From Clostridia bacterium (GTDB lineage Bacteria > Bacillota > Clostridia > Oscillospirales > CAG-272), in contig JAFUOH010000013.1 of the NCBI GenBank assembly GCA_017482055.1, forward strand, positions 3,416-67,415: 64,000 bases of DNA, written 5' to 3'. The notes below the pieces were generated by a model. That model was not told the DNA's origin. It did not search any database and worked only from the letters and a program-made list of their open reading frames with translations. The position numbers and the translations under genes were made by a program. Shown here one piece after another: positions 24,842 to 34,756 of this stretch (position 1 is the stretch's first letter; each line of letters opens with the position of its first letter).

Positions 24842-27800
24842 TTAACCTTGATACCAATCGTCATAGATTGTTCCGTCGATTACAACCTTCACATTACGAA
24901 CCGCCGAGATCATACCTGCGGGAGTCCAAATATGGGTTGCAGTTGCGGAAACGGTGTAATTTCCGTCCTCAACGTAAACGGGAATAAAGTGTACTCTTGC
25001 ATTTCCGTCAGCATCAGAGTTCTGCACGAACTGATAATATCCGCCTACCTGCTCAAGCGTTCTGTACTTATAGCTTGCCGTTGAGTAAGCATACTCGGGG
25101 AAAGTCGCAAACACGCTTTGCGCGGCAGTATAAGCATTGGAACTCGGCATCGTATATCCCGACTTGGCTACAAGCTTGGGATTCCAACTGATCGTTATAC
25201 CATATCCCGACTTCATCTTCCAAGTGTTACCTACCTTTTCTGCGGTAAGACAAGCGGAGCTCGGGAGCAGATCGGGGTCAGCAGAGGTCACACTTACACC
25301 ATACTGCTTCAAAACGATAGAGCCGTTCTCATATACCCACATATTCCAAGTTGCACTTCCCGACTTTGCGGTAGGTGCTGTAATAGAGGGGTTATAGCTT
25401 GAGGGCGCACTCGACTCAAAGTGAGTGTTAGCGGTCTGAGAGCTACCGATACTCTGTGCGAGAACGGCATATTCGGTGGTGTTATTCGCACCGTTTGTCT
25501 CGTTAGCCATTCTGCCGGGATTGATCGTACCCTTACAGAAGTAGGTCGTACCTGCACTTCCTGCGGGGACTCGCCACTTGAAATACACAAGGTTTCTACC
25601 ACCTGCGGGAATGACTACACTCTCCCAAGTCTGCTGACTTACAACATTCGTTGAGCTGCCATTCATCGAATAAACAACGAAATCGAAGGATACAGCGTCG
25701 CTCGGGATAATATCACTTGCAGCTTCGTTGGTCACATAGAAGCTCGAAATGACCTCAAAGCCTTCGACATAATCACCGTTGACCGTTACGCTTTCGGTAG
25801 AAGTTTCAATGAGCTTCTTCACGGTAAAGGTGGTGCTTACACTGTTGTTGGTGGTTCGTGTCTCATTTTCGTGATCTGCCCAATTGATTCGTGCAACAAG
25901 GGTCTGCTGACCGAGAAGTGCGCCTACGTTAATATCAAAGGAGAAGTTTTGCACTCCATACTTGATAAAGTCAACGGTGGTGGAATAGATAACAGAGCCA
26001 TTCAAGAGAACCTCAACGGGAATATCATCGTAAGGCAGATTTCTGTCCCAAGAGTCAGTTCTGAACATAATACTGATCTTCTCGTACTGATAAACCTCAC
26101 CGGGAGTGGTTGAGAAATTAGAAACCGAGAAGTCATAGTTGCGCTCGATCCATACCGCATACAAGGTTACAGAAGCATCTGCATAGTAGGTCTCACCGCC
26201 GTAATACTCGGGTGTGGTTGCCGTGCTCGACGTTGCCCACCCCATAAAGGCGTGGTTTGTTCTTGTAGGCTGAACCGTGGAGATCGTTACCGTCTGCCCG
26301 ATGGTCTTTGTCTGAGAAGCAGGTGCTCCGCTACCTCCGTTTGCGTTATACGATACGGTGAAGATCGTCTTTTGCCATACCGCATAGAGCGTTACGTTTG
26401 CATTGGAGGTATAACTACTGCCTGCTGCATAGGTCGCACTCGTCGCGGAACTTGAGGTTGCCCATCCCTTGAAATCATAACCTTCTCTTGTAGGCTTCGC
26501 GGAGGTAAGTGTCAAGGTCTCACCGTGGATCTTCGTCTGACTTGAGGGAGGATTGATACCGCCGTTTGCGTTAAAAGTTACGGAGTAGGTTTTCTTCACG
26601 GAATAGGAATATCCACACTCGGAGCAGGTATAGATAATGTTTCCGTTACTCTCGGTAGAGGTAAAGGAATGTGCTTCGGTATTGGAGTTACCAACCATAC
26701 TGTCACACTCGGAGCAATAAGAGTAATACTTATGCTGAGATGCGGTGTACTGCTCAAACTTGGTTTCAAGTGAATGACCTTGGTACTGTGCTTCGGAATA
26801 GTCACCGTAGTTACAGTTCTTGTATCTGAGGTGCTGACTTGTGGAATAATACTCCCACGCCGAATACGTGTATGGGCCGTGGGTAGTTCCTGTTGAAAGG
26901 ATAGTGCCGCAAGTATTACATACTCTCTGCCAATCGCAACCCGTTACATAGCTCTGTGTTGCTGAAGAATGAGGGCAGTTCCAAATCGCGTAGAGTGTGA
27001 TCGACGCATTATTGGAATAGTTTGCTCCCGCCAAATAAGACGGAGAGGTAGAAGCACTCGATGTTCCCCAACCCTTAAACTCATAGCCGGTTCGGGTAGG
27101 AACTACCGAAGAAAGAGTAAGCGTTACACCATAGGTCTTTGTCTGACTTGCGGGCGCACCGCTACCGCCGTTTGCATTGTAGCTGACGGTAAAGGTCTGC
27201 ACGGTCTCTTTGGTATAGCCGCAATCGTTACAAACCGATACGGTCTTACCGCCCGAGGTAGTGCTTGTGAAGTCGTGTGCTTCATAGCTCGCACTACCGA
27301 TCATAGAAGCACAAGTGGAGCAATAAGAATAATACTTATGCTGAGTGCTGCTATATCTCTCATACTCGGTAGTTTTAGAGTGAGAACCATATTCATAGGT
27401 GGAATAGTCACCGTAGTCACAATCCTTTGTTCTGCGGTGCTGACTTGTAGAATAATAGACCCAATCGCTGTAGCTATACGGTCCGTGGGTCGTACCTGTT
27501 GAAGTCACAGCTCCGCAGTTATTGCAAATCAGTTCCCAGTCGCATCCGGTCACATAGTCTCTGTAAGTCGATGAATGGCTACAAGACCAAACCGCATACA
27601 TCGTACAAGATGCGTTGGTAGTATAAGAACCACCCGCGCTATACGATGCTGTCTTTGCAGAGCTTGAGGTAGACCAACCGAGGAATGAATATCCGCTTCG
27701 GGTAGGCTTCGTAGAGGAAAGAGTCAGCGTGACTCCGTGTGTCTTTGTCTGACTTGCAGGTGCGCCCGAGCCACCGTTTGCGTTATAACTTACGGTATAC

Positions 27801-28792
27801 GTTGTTGGAGCATTACTCTCCCAAACTGCATACAAGGTTGCAGACGAATTAGAAGTGTACTTGCCGCCCGGCTGATAAGACGCGGTAGTCGAAGAACTTG
27901 ATGTTCCCCACCCCTTAAAGGTATATCCGCTTCTTGTCGGTTTCGTTGAGGACAGCGTAAGATCAAGACCGTAAGTTTTGGTCTGACTTGAGGGAGCACC
28001 GCTACCACCGTTTGCGTTAAAGGAAATGGTATATTTGTTCTTTGCCCATACCGCATACAAAGTTGTGTTTGCATTGGTGGAGAATGTTCCACCTGCGCTA
28101 TACGATGCACTTGTAGCACTGCTTGAAGTGCTCCATCCTTGGAAGGTATAACCTGTGCGGGTCGGCTTTGTTGAAGAAAGAGTAAGATTTGTGGTGTATT
28201 TCTTAGTCTGACTTGAAGGCGCTCCGCTACCTCCGTTTGCGTTATAAGATACCGTGTAGGTTTTCTCATAGTAGGTTACAACGTGTGAACCGCTACCGTA
28301 AGTTCCCGACACCGAGGATTTATTAGGAGTATAGCCCGTAATAGTAGGGGAAGTTACCGTAAAACTTGCTCCCTGCTTGCCCGTTACTGTCTTTGTAGCA
28401 GATGCGGTTCCACCACTTGAATAATTGTAATAGATGGTGGAGCTTGCCGCTTTGACATAATATACAGTATAGGTTGCCGAACCTTGGCGAACATAGTGAG
28501 ATGCAGGAAAACTCTTATCCATCATCGCGTAGGTTACATAGGAATCGCTACTGTTTTTAAGCACATAACCCGACACAGTAGGCGAATAATACTTCGTCTG
28601 CTGTGCATTGGTATCTGCCGCGTTCATTGAGAATGTCTTGGTGGTCGCTACCTGCTTACCGCTTTCATCCTTGTAATAGATGGAACAGCTCATAGGATAA
28701 CTGCCTGCAGCAGAAGCAGGTACGGCAAAGGTCGCAACAAGTGTTACGAGCACCAATACCATTGCGAGAACTCTTGAAAAATGTTTCTTCAT
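24842..28792 (-). CDS. Secreted 1,316-aa repeat adhesin-like protein (signal peptide, MucBP-like modules, six Listeria-Bacteroides-type repeats, two Cys/His-rich modules, large C-terminal beta-rich region)
   Basis: Signal peptide MKKHFSRVLAMVLVLVTLVATFAVPASA. Repeats have the form YTVSYNANGGSGAPxSQTKxxGxxLTLSSxKPTRxGYxFxGWxTSSxAxxxxYxxGxxYxxNAxxTLYAVW. No LPXTG motif or C-terminal TM helix is seen. Confidence 0.8.
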   Translation of the reverse strand: MKKHFSRVLAMVLVLVTLVATFAVPASAAGSYPMSCSIYYKDESGKQVATTKTFSMNAADTNAQQTKYYSPTVSGYVLKNSSDSYVTYAMMDKSFPASHYVRQGSATYTVYYVKAASSTIYYNYSSGGTASATKTVTGKQGASFTVTSPTITGYTPNKSSVSGTYGSGSHVVTYYEKTYTVSYNANGGSGAPSSQTKKYTTNLTLSSTKPTRTGYTFQGWSTSSSATSASYSAGGTFSTNANTTLYAVWAKNKYTISFNANGGSGAPSSQTKTYGLDLTLSSTKPTRSGYTFKGWGTSSSSTTASYQPGGKYTSNSSATLYAVWESNAPTTYTVSYNANGGSGAPASQTKTHGVTLTLSSTKPTRSGYSFLGWSTSSSAKTASYSAGGSYTTNASCTMYAVWSCSHSSTYRDYVTGCDWELICNNCGAVTSTGTTHGPYSYSDWVYYSTSQHRRTKDCDYGDYSTYEYGSHSKTTEYERYSSTQHKYYSYCSTCASMIGSASYEAHDFTSTTSGGKTVSVCNDCGYTKETVQTFTVSYNANGGSGAPASQTKTYGVTLTLSSVVPTRTGYEFKGWGTSSASTSPSYLAGANYSNNASITLYAIWNCPHSSATQSYVTGCDWQRVCNTCGTILSTGTTHGPYTYSAWEYYSTSQHLRYKNCNYGDYSEAQYQGHSLETKFEQYTASQHKYYSYCSECDSMVGNSNTEAHSFTSTESNGNIIYTCSECGYSYSVKKTYSVTFNANGGINPPSSQTKIHGETLTLTSAKPTREGYDFKGWATSSSATSATYAAGSSYTSNANVTLYAVWQKTIFTVSYNANGGSGAPASQTKTIGQTVTISTVQPTRTNHAFMGWATSSTATTPEYYGGETYYADASVTLYAVWIERNYDFSVSNFSTTPGEVYQYEKISIMFRTDSWDRNLPYDDIPVEVLLNGSVIYSTTVDFIKYGVQNFSFDINVGALLGQQTLVARINWADHENETRTTNNSVSTTFTVKKLIETSTESVTVNGDYVEGFEVISSFYVTNEAASDIIPSDAVSFDFVVYSMNGSSTNVVSQQTWESVVIPAGGRNLVYFKWRVPAGSAGTTYFCKGTINPGRMANETNGANNTTEYAVLAQSIGSSQTANTHFESSAPSSYNPSITAPTAKSGSATWNMWVYENGSIVLKQYGVSVTSADPDLLPSSACLTAEKVGNTWKMKSGYGITISWNPKLVAKSGYTMPSSNAYTAAQSVFATFPEYAYSTASYKYRTLEQVGGYYQFVQNSDADGNARVHFIPVYVEDGNYTVSATATHIWTPAGMISAVRNVKVVIDGTIYDDWYQG
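26150..28261 (-). repeat. Intragenic tandem repeat region of the adhesin (arrangement LB-LB-LB / Cys module / LB / Cys module / LB-LB)
   Basis: Listeria-Bacteroides-type repeats lie at aa 178-402, 533-604 and 735-881. Duplicated Cys/His-rich modules of about 128 aa lie at aa 403-530 (nt 27203-27586) and aa 605-733 (nt 26594-26980). Confidence 0.8.
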
Positions 28793-29142
28793 TCATTCTC
28801 TCCTTTCACACCTTGAATAATAACCACTTCACCGTCAACGGCAGGCTCGTCCTTTCTTTCGTTGGTCTCGTCACCGTCCAAAATGTCGATGGTTGCATCG
28901 CCGGGGTTCACGGGTTTCTGATCGTTGTCTCCCTTATCATCGGGTTCGATGTCGGGAATGTTAGGAATTGTGGTGTCTGTACCGCTATCCTCGGGTTCTG
29001 TCGTATCTGTGATGGGAGGCTGTGTTTCATCGGGAGGATTATCATTACCGTTGCGAATCGCACCGTAAATGATAGCGCCGATAACAGCCAAAATTACGAC
29101 AAGGCAGATAACGATACAAACAATGTTTGCTTTTCTGCTCAT
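28789..29142 (-). CDS. Small membrane-anchored Pro/Asp/Thr-rich protein (117 aa)
   Basis: N-terminal TM helix IVCIVICLVVILAVIGAIIYGAI, then a low-complexity acidic ectodomain. It has an ATGA overlap with the adhesin start. Confidence 0.55.
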   Translation of the reverse strand: MSRKANIVCIVICLVVILAVIGAIIYGAIRNGNDNPPDETQPPITDTTEPEDSGTDTTIPNIPDIEPDDKGDNDQKPVNPGDATIDILDGDETNERKDEPAVDGEVVIIQGVKGENE

Positions 29143-29154
29143 TTCATTTCTCCT

Positions 29155-29634
29155 TTACTTTTGTTTGAATTGGGATACGATTGTGATGGGAACTACAATA
29201 TCCGTAATCTTCCGATTGAACAGTTCAAACGGGATCGAGATCTCATATTCCACATAAACACCAAACGCATCTCCTGCCATCGCATAGATCGTAGGTCTTG
29301 ACATAACGTACTTGCCATCCACCGCCACGGGTTCACGGTACTCAAGTGTGATGATACGCGGAAAGCCGAGCAAGGTATATGCTCCGTCCACAAGATCATT
29401 GCGGTCGATATAATCGTCCCACGGCTCACCCTGCTTCAAGGCATCGTATTTGCTCACGGCATAGCGCGTCACATAACTGTCGAGCTTGAGCTGCGTTTCG
29501 TTCTGCTGTTCCCTTGCAACGTGATATACAAAAGCGTATTGCAAAGCAACCGCAACAAGCATCATCACTACAAGGATGCAGACACAAGTGAGAACGTAGC
29601 TGAATCCCTTATTGTTTTTCAAAGGATTTCTCAC
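29155..29634 (-). CDS. Putative pseudopilin / TadE-like minor pilin (159 aa)
   Basis: The N-terminus MRNPLKNNKG|FSYVLTCVCILVVMMLVAVAL has a short basic leader ending in Gly, followed by a hydrophobic helix. This resembles a prepilin-type signal. It lies in the pilus operon. Confidence 0.45.
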   Translation of the reverse strand: MRNPLKNNKGFSYVLTCVCILVVMMLVAVALQYAFVYHVAREQQNETQLKLDSYVTRYAVSKYDALKQGEPWDDYIDRNDLVDGAYTLLGFPRIITLEYREPVAVDGKYVMSRPTIYAMAGDAFGVYVEYEISIPFELFNRKITDIVVPITIVSQFKQK

Positions 29635-29645
29635 TCGCCCTCACC

Positions 29646-30056
29646 TCACTTCCAATACATTCGGGAGAGACCCGATTGTGTCACGGAAACATCGAAAGGC
29701 AATTCAAAGCCACCGAATCCCGGCAAGATCATTTCGGTCGTGAGTGTTACGGATATAACATCACCAAGCTGAACCTTGCCCGTGGCATAGTCAAAGTAGG
29801 TTGCCGAAAATTGTACCGTTGGTGTGAAACCCGATTCGGCACAAAGCTCTGCAAACCTCGCTTCTACCTCGGGACCAATTCGTCCCGTTACGGTCGCTAC
29901 CTCCAACAGTTCGTTACACATATACGTCATATCCTGCTTGAGCGTGACCATTGACCAAATGCTGATAATTAAGACTAATACAAGAGCGATGACGAGAACC
30001 GCCACCGCTACGTCGATATAGCCTTCTGCTTTTTTGTTTTTGAGTGTTTTTAACAC
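29646..30056 (-). CDS. DUF4320-like protein, putative minor pilin of the Tad-like system (136 aa)
   Basis: N-terminal MLKTLKNKKAEGYIDVAVAVLVIALVLVLI and C-terminal ...SGLSRMYWK match my recollection of DUF4320 proteins. It shares the AEG|YID motif with the four small pilins. Confidence 0.55.
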   Translation of the reverse strand: MLKTLKNKKAEGYIDVAVAVLVIALVLVLIISIWSMVTLKQDMTYMCNELLEVATVTGRIGPEVEARFAELCAESGFTPTVQFSATYFDYATGKVQLGDVISVTLTTEMILPGFGGFELPFDVSVTQSGLSRMYWK

Positions 30057-30068
30057 GGTTGCACCTCC

Positions 30069-30941
30069 TTAAAAGAGCGTTCCCATCGAAGTCAGAAGCA
30101 CCTGTCCGAGCACCGCCACATAGATAAGGATAAAGCAGAAAAGAAGTGCCATTGAGAGCTTACGCACCTTGCGAGGTACTGCGTTTGCCTGCGCCTTGAG
30201 CTGTTCTCGCTGATAGTCAGCAAACTTCAATGCGGTAGTTCCCCAATACACTTCCATATCGTCACCACGAACAACACCGATCAGACCTCTTGTGACGTCA
30301 CTCATCATCGTAGAGCCAACGCGAGACTCCAAACGTGTCAATGCAACTTCCTCGTTGCCGGAGCGCATATCCGCGATTGTGATCTCAAGCTCCTCCTTGA
30401 GTTCGGGGCAAGTGGTATCCTTAAAGGACTCAAGAGCATACACAGCTCCCTTTTTGTGCTTGATCGTCTTTTCGATAGAGCCGACAAGTCGGGGCAATTC
30501 GTACTCGATCTTCTTTCTCTTTGCTGCGATCATCTTGGTTACTTTCTTGGTTTCCGAGAAGTACATCACTACCGCCACAAAAGCGATAAAGAGTCCGAGC
30601 AACTTGAAAATGAGGAAAGCCGGGATAGCGAGAAGTCCGATAGCCACCGATTTCACGATAGCATTGGAAACGTACATTTCGGGGGAAATATCCATACCCG
30701 CCGTTCTGAGGTCTGCTTCAAGCTGTGCCTTCTTGTACTCGTTGAGCTTGATCTTCTCGGAGAGCTTTGTCGCAAACTCCTTGAGGTAGATCTCAATGAT
30801 ACTCGTTTTCTTGTCGCCCTTCTTACCGAGGTTGTTTGCCGCTTTGGATGCTTTCATCGTGGGAACCTTCATCAAGTCCGCAAGAATACAGCCGATACCC
30901 ACCGCCGCAAAGAGACCGATTAGTATTTGTAAAAATATCAT
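30069..30941 (-). CDS. tadC: Type II secretion system F-family membrane protein (TadC-like)
   Basis: 290 aa with an N-terminal TM helix, a cytoplasmic helical domain and C-terminal TM helices. It sits next to a TadB-like paralog and the CpaF ATPase. Confidence 0.6.
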   Translation of the reverse strand: MIFLQILIGLFAAVGIGCILADLMKVPTMKASKAANNLGKKGDKKTSIIEIYLKEFATKLSEKIKLNEYKKAQLEADLRTAGMDISPEMYVSNAIVKSVAIGLLAIPAFLIFKLLGLFIAFVAVVMYFSETKKVTKMIAAKRKKIEYELPRLVGSIEKTIKHKKGAVYALESFKDTTCPELKEELEITIADMRSGNEEVALTRLESRVGSTMMSDVTRGLIGVVRGDDMEVYWGTTALKFADYQREQLKAQANAVPRKVRKLSMALLFCFILIYVAVLGQVLLTSMGTLF

Positions 30942-30953
30942 ACCGTTTCCTCC

Positions 30954-31880
30954 TTATCTCTTATATTCAATGGGTTTCGTGATCTTGTTCATACGAATCG
31001 CGGTAATGATAATGACTACGCCACTTATGGCAAGAACGATCTTACCAAACACCGTATTCATCAGCGCATCGTACCAATCTCGGTTGAGACAGTACAAAAG
31101 CGGAACGTTGCCGACAACCATCAGCACCATCATCCAATACTCACGTCTTGTTTCCGCAAGCATCGTCTTGAGGGAGTTATTGACAAGTCTTACGTCGGTC
31201 AGCTTTGATACTACGGGCATCAAGGTGTCCTTGAGGGTTCTGTCGTTCTGACACGCGATAAGGGTATCACACCATTCCTCATAGATGCTGTTCTTAACCT
31301 TATCTTTGAGATTGTGGATAGCACCGCGAATGTCGGGTGAAATGATCGTTGCTTCTGCGATAAACTCCTCAAAAATGCCCTTGATAGGCGGCTTGAGATA
31401 GGAAAGGTTCTCCTGCACCGCACTTACAAGGTTGTCGCTTCGGATATATGAGGTGGTGATAATAGAAAGAGCCGTTTCAAGCTCTTGTCTGACCTGCGTT
31501 TCATAGATAGCAATCGCTTTGGTGAGGTAGGCAAAAGGAATCAGAGCGAAAGCAATCGCAAGAACGGGAATAAGGAACATATTATCGATGGCGATTGCTA
31601 CGATACAACCCACTACCATAAGGAGCAGCGCCGCCGTACACGCCAACGAAAACTGCTTTTCCTTGCCCGTTTCCTGCAAGGCTCGTCTGATACGTTCAAG
31701 CTCAAGAATGAGTCTGTTCTTTCTTTTCTTACCTCGTGCCATAAGTGCTTGGTCTTTGAGGGTCTGCTGTTTGTTGAACAGTTCGTTTATATCCTTATTG
31801 ATCTGTTCGGGTGTCAGCTTCAAGAGCGCAATCGTCGCAACGACAAGCAAAATAAAGCTGATAATATAGAGTGCTGTCAT
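30954..31880 (-). CDS. tadB: Type II secretion system F-family membrane protein (TadB-like)
   Basis: 308 aa with the same topology as TadC-like. It has an ATGA overlap with the upstream ATPase gene. Confidence 0.6.
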   Translation of the reverse strand: MTALYIISFILLVVATIALLKLTPEQINKDINELFNKQQTLKDQALMARGKKRKNRLILELERIRRALQETGKEKQFSLACTAALLLMVVGCIVAIAIDNMFLIPVLAIAFALIPFAYLTKAIAIYETQVRQELETALSIITTSYIRSDNLVSAVQENLSYLKPPIKGIFEEFIAEATIISPDIRGAIHNLKDKVKNSIYEEWCDTLIACQNDRTLKDTLMPVVSKLTDVRLVNNSLKTMLAETRREYWMMVLMVVGNVPLLYCLNRDWYDALMNTVFGKIVLAISGVVIIITAIRMNKITKPIEYKR

Positions 31881-33187
31881 ACGCTTCCCTCCTCTCTTTC
31901 AAATCTTTTAAGAAGCTCGTGCGGGATACCGCCGCGCAAAAGCTTTGAGCGCAGATACTCCGATGGGCTGTTTTCTTGGATAAACTCACCTACAATGTGG
32001 AACTGACCGTCCACGTACTCGTTACTGTGGATCTTGTAGCGGTAGAGCGTTCTGTACTCAAGCTCTCCGTCATCGTGAACGATGCACTCGGAAATGTCCA
32101 TTACCTTACGGGTGTTGTCCTCAAGCTTGTGTGCAAACACAACTACGGGGAAAGCAAGTGCCGCCTGCTGCATAGAGATCTTCATGTCGATAGGAAATCT
32201 TCTCTGCGAAAGGAAGGCAATACGACGATGAGCATATCTTCCACCGCCACCGTGAACAGTCGTTACAACGGTGTGGTCGGTGGAGCTTGCTTCTACTGCG
32301 GAATGAGCCTCCGCGTCTCTCATCTCACCTACACAGATCACGTCGGGGTCAAAACGGAGGGCTGCCATTACCAAGTCCTCTTGGGTAATGTCGTAGATGT
32401 CCTTATCCGATGGGCGAGACAGGGTATGCACCACGTTATTTATGACTCTGCCCTGCTCGTCTCTCTTAACAAGGGATAACTCTCTCGCACCGCTTTCAAT
32501 CGTATAGATACGTTTACTGTCGGGGATAGAACCGAGGAGAGAGTTCAGAAGCGTTGTCTTACCGGAGCTTGTTCTACCTGCAACAACGAAGGACACACCG
32601 TAACGTAAGCAAGTCTCAAGAAAGGCAAGCATATCGTCGGTGAGTGATTCTGTGTCGATGAGGTTTTCCCTATCTACTCTCTGCGGATGAAGCATACGGA
32701 TAGAGACCGCAATACCTCTGTCTGCATCTACAATAGGTTCTTTCAAAGCCGTAACACGAGTGTTATTCGGCAAATGTCCTTGCGCGATGGGAGCCGCATT
32801 GTCGATAATCATACCCGAATGGTGAAGCAGCTTCTTTACGATGTCGATGGCGTGCCCGGGAGAGAAGAAATGCTCCTCTGCCTTTTCAATACGACCATCA
32901 AGGTGTGTCAAAGCCACGTCATCCCAACCGTTGATATTGATCTCCTCAAGGTCGGGGTCTGCAAGGTACTTAGTGAGGATCGAATACTCCGCCATTTCGG
33001 TGAAAAGGCGTTCTACCAAGCCTTTGGTGTCATACCCCGCTACCGAATAACCCGTATCATAAAGATACTTTCCGATATACGCTTTCAGCTCGGCGGTCTT
33101 GCTTTTGTCGATAAGTGCTGCCGCGTAATTCTTCGCAATATAGCTCTGTGTGAGTCCTACAAGCGAAGATAATTCGATCTGTGCCAT
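31877..33187 (-). CDS. tadA: CpaF/TadA-family secretion ATPase (T2SS-E / VirB11-like)
   Basis: Walker A VVAGRTSSGKTTLLNSLLG, an Asp box and Walker B ...DPDVICVGEMRDAEA, and a His box TVVTTVHG. Confidence 0.85.
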   Translation of the reverse strand: MAQIELSSLVGLTQSYIAKNYAAALIDKSKTAELKAYIGKYLYDTGYSVAGYDTKGLVERLFTEMAEYSILTKYLADPDLEEININGWDDVALTHLDGRIEKAEEHFFSPGHAIDIVKKLLHHSGMIIDNAAPIAQGHLPNNTRVTALKEPIVDADRGIAVSIRMLHPQRVDRENLIDTESLTDDMLAFLETCLRYGVSFVVAGRTSSGKTTLLNSLLGSIPDSKRIYTIESGARELSLVKRDEQGRVINNVVHTLSRPSDKDIYDITQEDLVMAALRFDPDVICVGEMRDAEAHSAVEASSTDHTVVTTVHGGGGRYAHRRIAFLSQRRFPIDMKISMQQAALAFPVVVFAHKLEDNTRKVMDISECIVHDDGELEYRTLYRYKIHSNEYVDGQFHIVGEFIQENSPSEYLRSKLLRGGIPHELLKRFEREEGSV

Positions 33188-33190
33188 AAC

Positions 33191-33931
33191 TTACACCACC
33201 CTTTCCGCGATTGCTCGAATCGTCTGCATGAACTTCTTATCCTTCAACGGTTCATACAGATTTCCCTCCATATACTGTTCTGTCAGTGTGGAGCAGTAAG
33301 GAACCGTAAAGGCGATCTTTCCAAGATGAAGTCTCGCATCAGCGGCGGCAAGATTAAATTCCTCGCGGGGAATGTTCATCACCGCCACATCGTTTTCGCG
33401 GAGATAACCGTGAGAAGCAAAGATCTTCTGCTGAGACATCTGAAAGCTCAAGCACTTGAGATCGGGCGTAGACAGACGAATGACCTGCTCCGCTTTTTCA
33501 AGCGCTACGCTTGTAAGAAAGTTGGAGTCGGGGAGAGACATACAATCCACGATCACATAGTCCGCAATTCCTACAAGCACATCATAGAGATACTTTGCTT
33601 TTTCTTCCGTATAATCGGGAAAGGAGTGTTTGTTCTCGCTGTCCTTATATCCGAGATACCCGAGGTTCATTCTGTCCTTTGTCATTACCATATTGGAAAC
33701 AACGTCGTCAGCGAAAAAGTCGGGTTTGGTAAGGATAGTTCCCACCGAGAATACATCCTCGGAACGGAAGTTGGGAAAGATCACGGGAATGGTAGGTGTC
33801 ACAATATCGGTAAACACGACGATAACAGCACTTTTGCCACGGGAGCGATTGTAAAGAGCTTCCGCGAGTTTTACCGAAAAGGTGGTCTTGCCACTATCCG
33901 GCGAACCCCATACTGCTATCAATTTACCCAT
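33191..33931 (-). CDS. ParA/MinD-like P-loop ATPase (TadZ/CpaE analogue)
   Basis: N-terminal KLIAVWGSPDSGKTTFSVKLAEAL. It lies between the CpaB-like and CpaF-like genes, as in Tad loci. Confidence 0.55.
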   Translation of the reverse strand: MGKLIAVWGSPDSGKTTFSVKLAEALYNRSRGKSAVIVVFTDIVTPTIPVIFPNFRSEDVFSVGTILTKPDFFADDVVSNMVMTKDRMNLGYLGYKDSENKHSFPDYTEEKAKYLYDVLVGIADYVIVDCMSLPDSNFLTSVALEKAEQVIRLSTPDLKCLSFQMSQQKIFASHGYLRENDVAVMNIPREEFNLAAADARLHLGKIAFTVPYCSTLTEQYMEGNLYEPLKDKKFMQTIRAIAERVV

Positions 33932-34736
33932 TGTTCTCCTCCTCCGTTTCCTTCGGTGTGTTGTCGATGGGGTTATTCTTCAGATAATCGTCCTGCACCT
34001 TGATATATGCGTCTGCCTTATCCGTTTCCCCTCTGTAAACAAGCGTAAAGTGAATGGTAGTCACAGAATTGTAGTGTGCCAAAAGCTCTGCCTGCTCGGG
34101 TGTAACAAGTACCGTAACAGTAGCGGCTTTACCGCCCTCAACGATCTCGTCCTTATCCACACCTTCGTTTGTGGTTGTGGTAATGACCTTAACGTATTTC
34201 AGCTCTGCGGGGATATATGAGGTATACATATCCTTGTCGTAAATGATTACAGACACAATATCTCCGTTTTCAAGCTTATCTGAGAGACCTGCTGCAAAGT
34301 TTGCCACATTCACGGAAACTGCTACCTTTTCCCCGCCAAGTCCGAGAAGCACATCGTCCGCGCTCTTGTTATCGGTGGAGAGTTTGTTTGCGAAAAGATA
34401 ATCTCCCGTGTAAAGATCTGTCGCGGCATATTTACCCACAACGGCTTTACCGTCTTTGATCACGTTATTCGGGAGATTGTAGGAACCGACGTTGACGATT
34501 TCAAGGTGGTCTGCGGTGATGATCTGACCTCTCGGCACATCTGCTTTGAGTCTGACAATATCCACCTTCTGATCGGTAAATCTGTTCACCAAGGGAGCAA
34601 CGCCAAAGGTGATAAGAAGTGCGAGTACGATACAGATAACTCCGATGACCGTTCTTGAAGAAAATGGCTTCTTACCGGGAGCTTTAGGTGCTTTGGGTGT
34701 TTTCATAGGCTTGGAGCCAAAATTTCCAAAACTCAT
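33924..34736 (-). CDS. cpaB: Flp pilus assembly protein CpaB/RcpC-like (SAF domain)
   Basis: N-terminal TM anchor, then a SAF-like segment VDIVRLKADVPRGQIITADHLEIVNV and a beta-rich C-terminal domain. Confidence 0.65.
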   Translation of the reverse strand: MSFGNFGSKPMKTPKAPKAPGKKPFSSRTVIGVICIVLALLITFGVAPLVNRFTDQKVDIVRLKADVPRGQIITADHLEIVNVGSYNLPNNVIKDGKAVVGKYAATDLYTGDYLFANKLSTDNKSADDVLLGLGGEKVAVSVNVANFAAGLSDKLENGDIVSVIIYDKDMYTSYIPAELKYVKVITTTTNEGVDKDEIVEGGKAATVTVLVTPEQAELLAHYNSVTTIHFTLVYRGETDKADAYIKVQDDYLKNNPIDNTPKETEEENNG

Positions 34737-34756
34737 TTTTCTTTTTCCTCCTTAAA

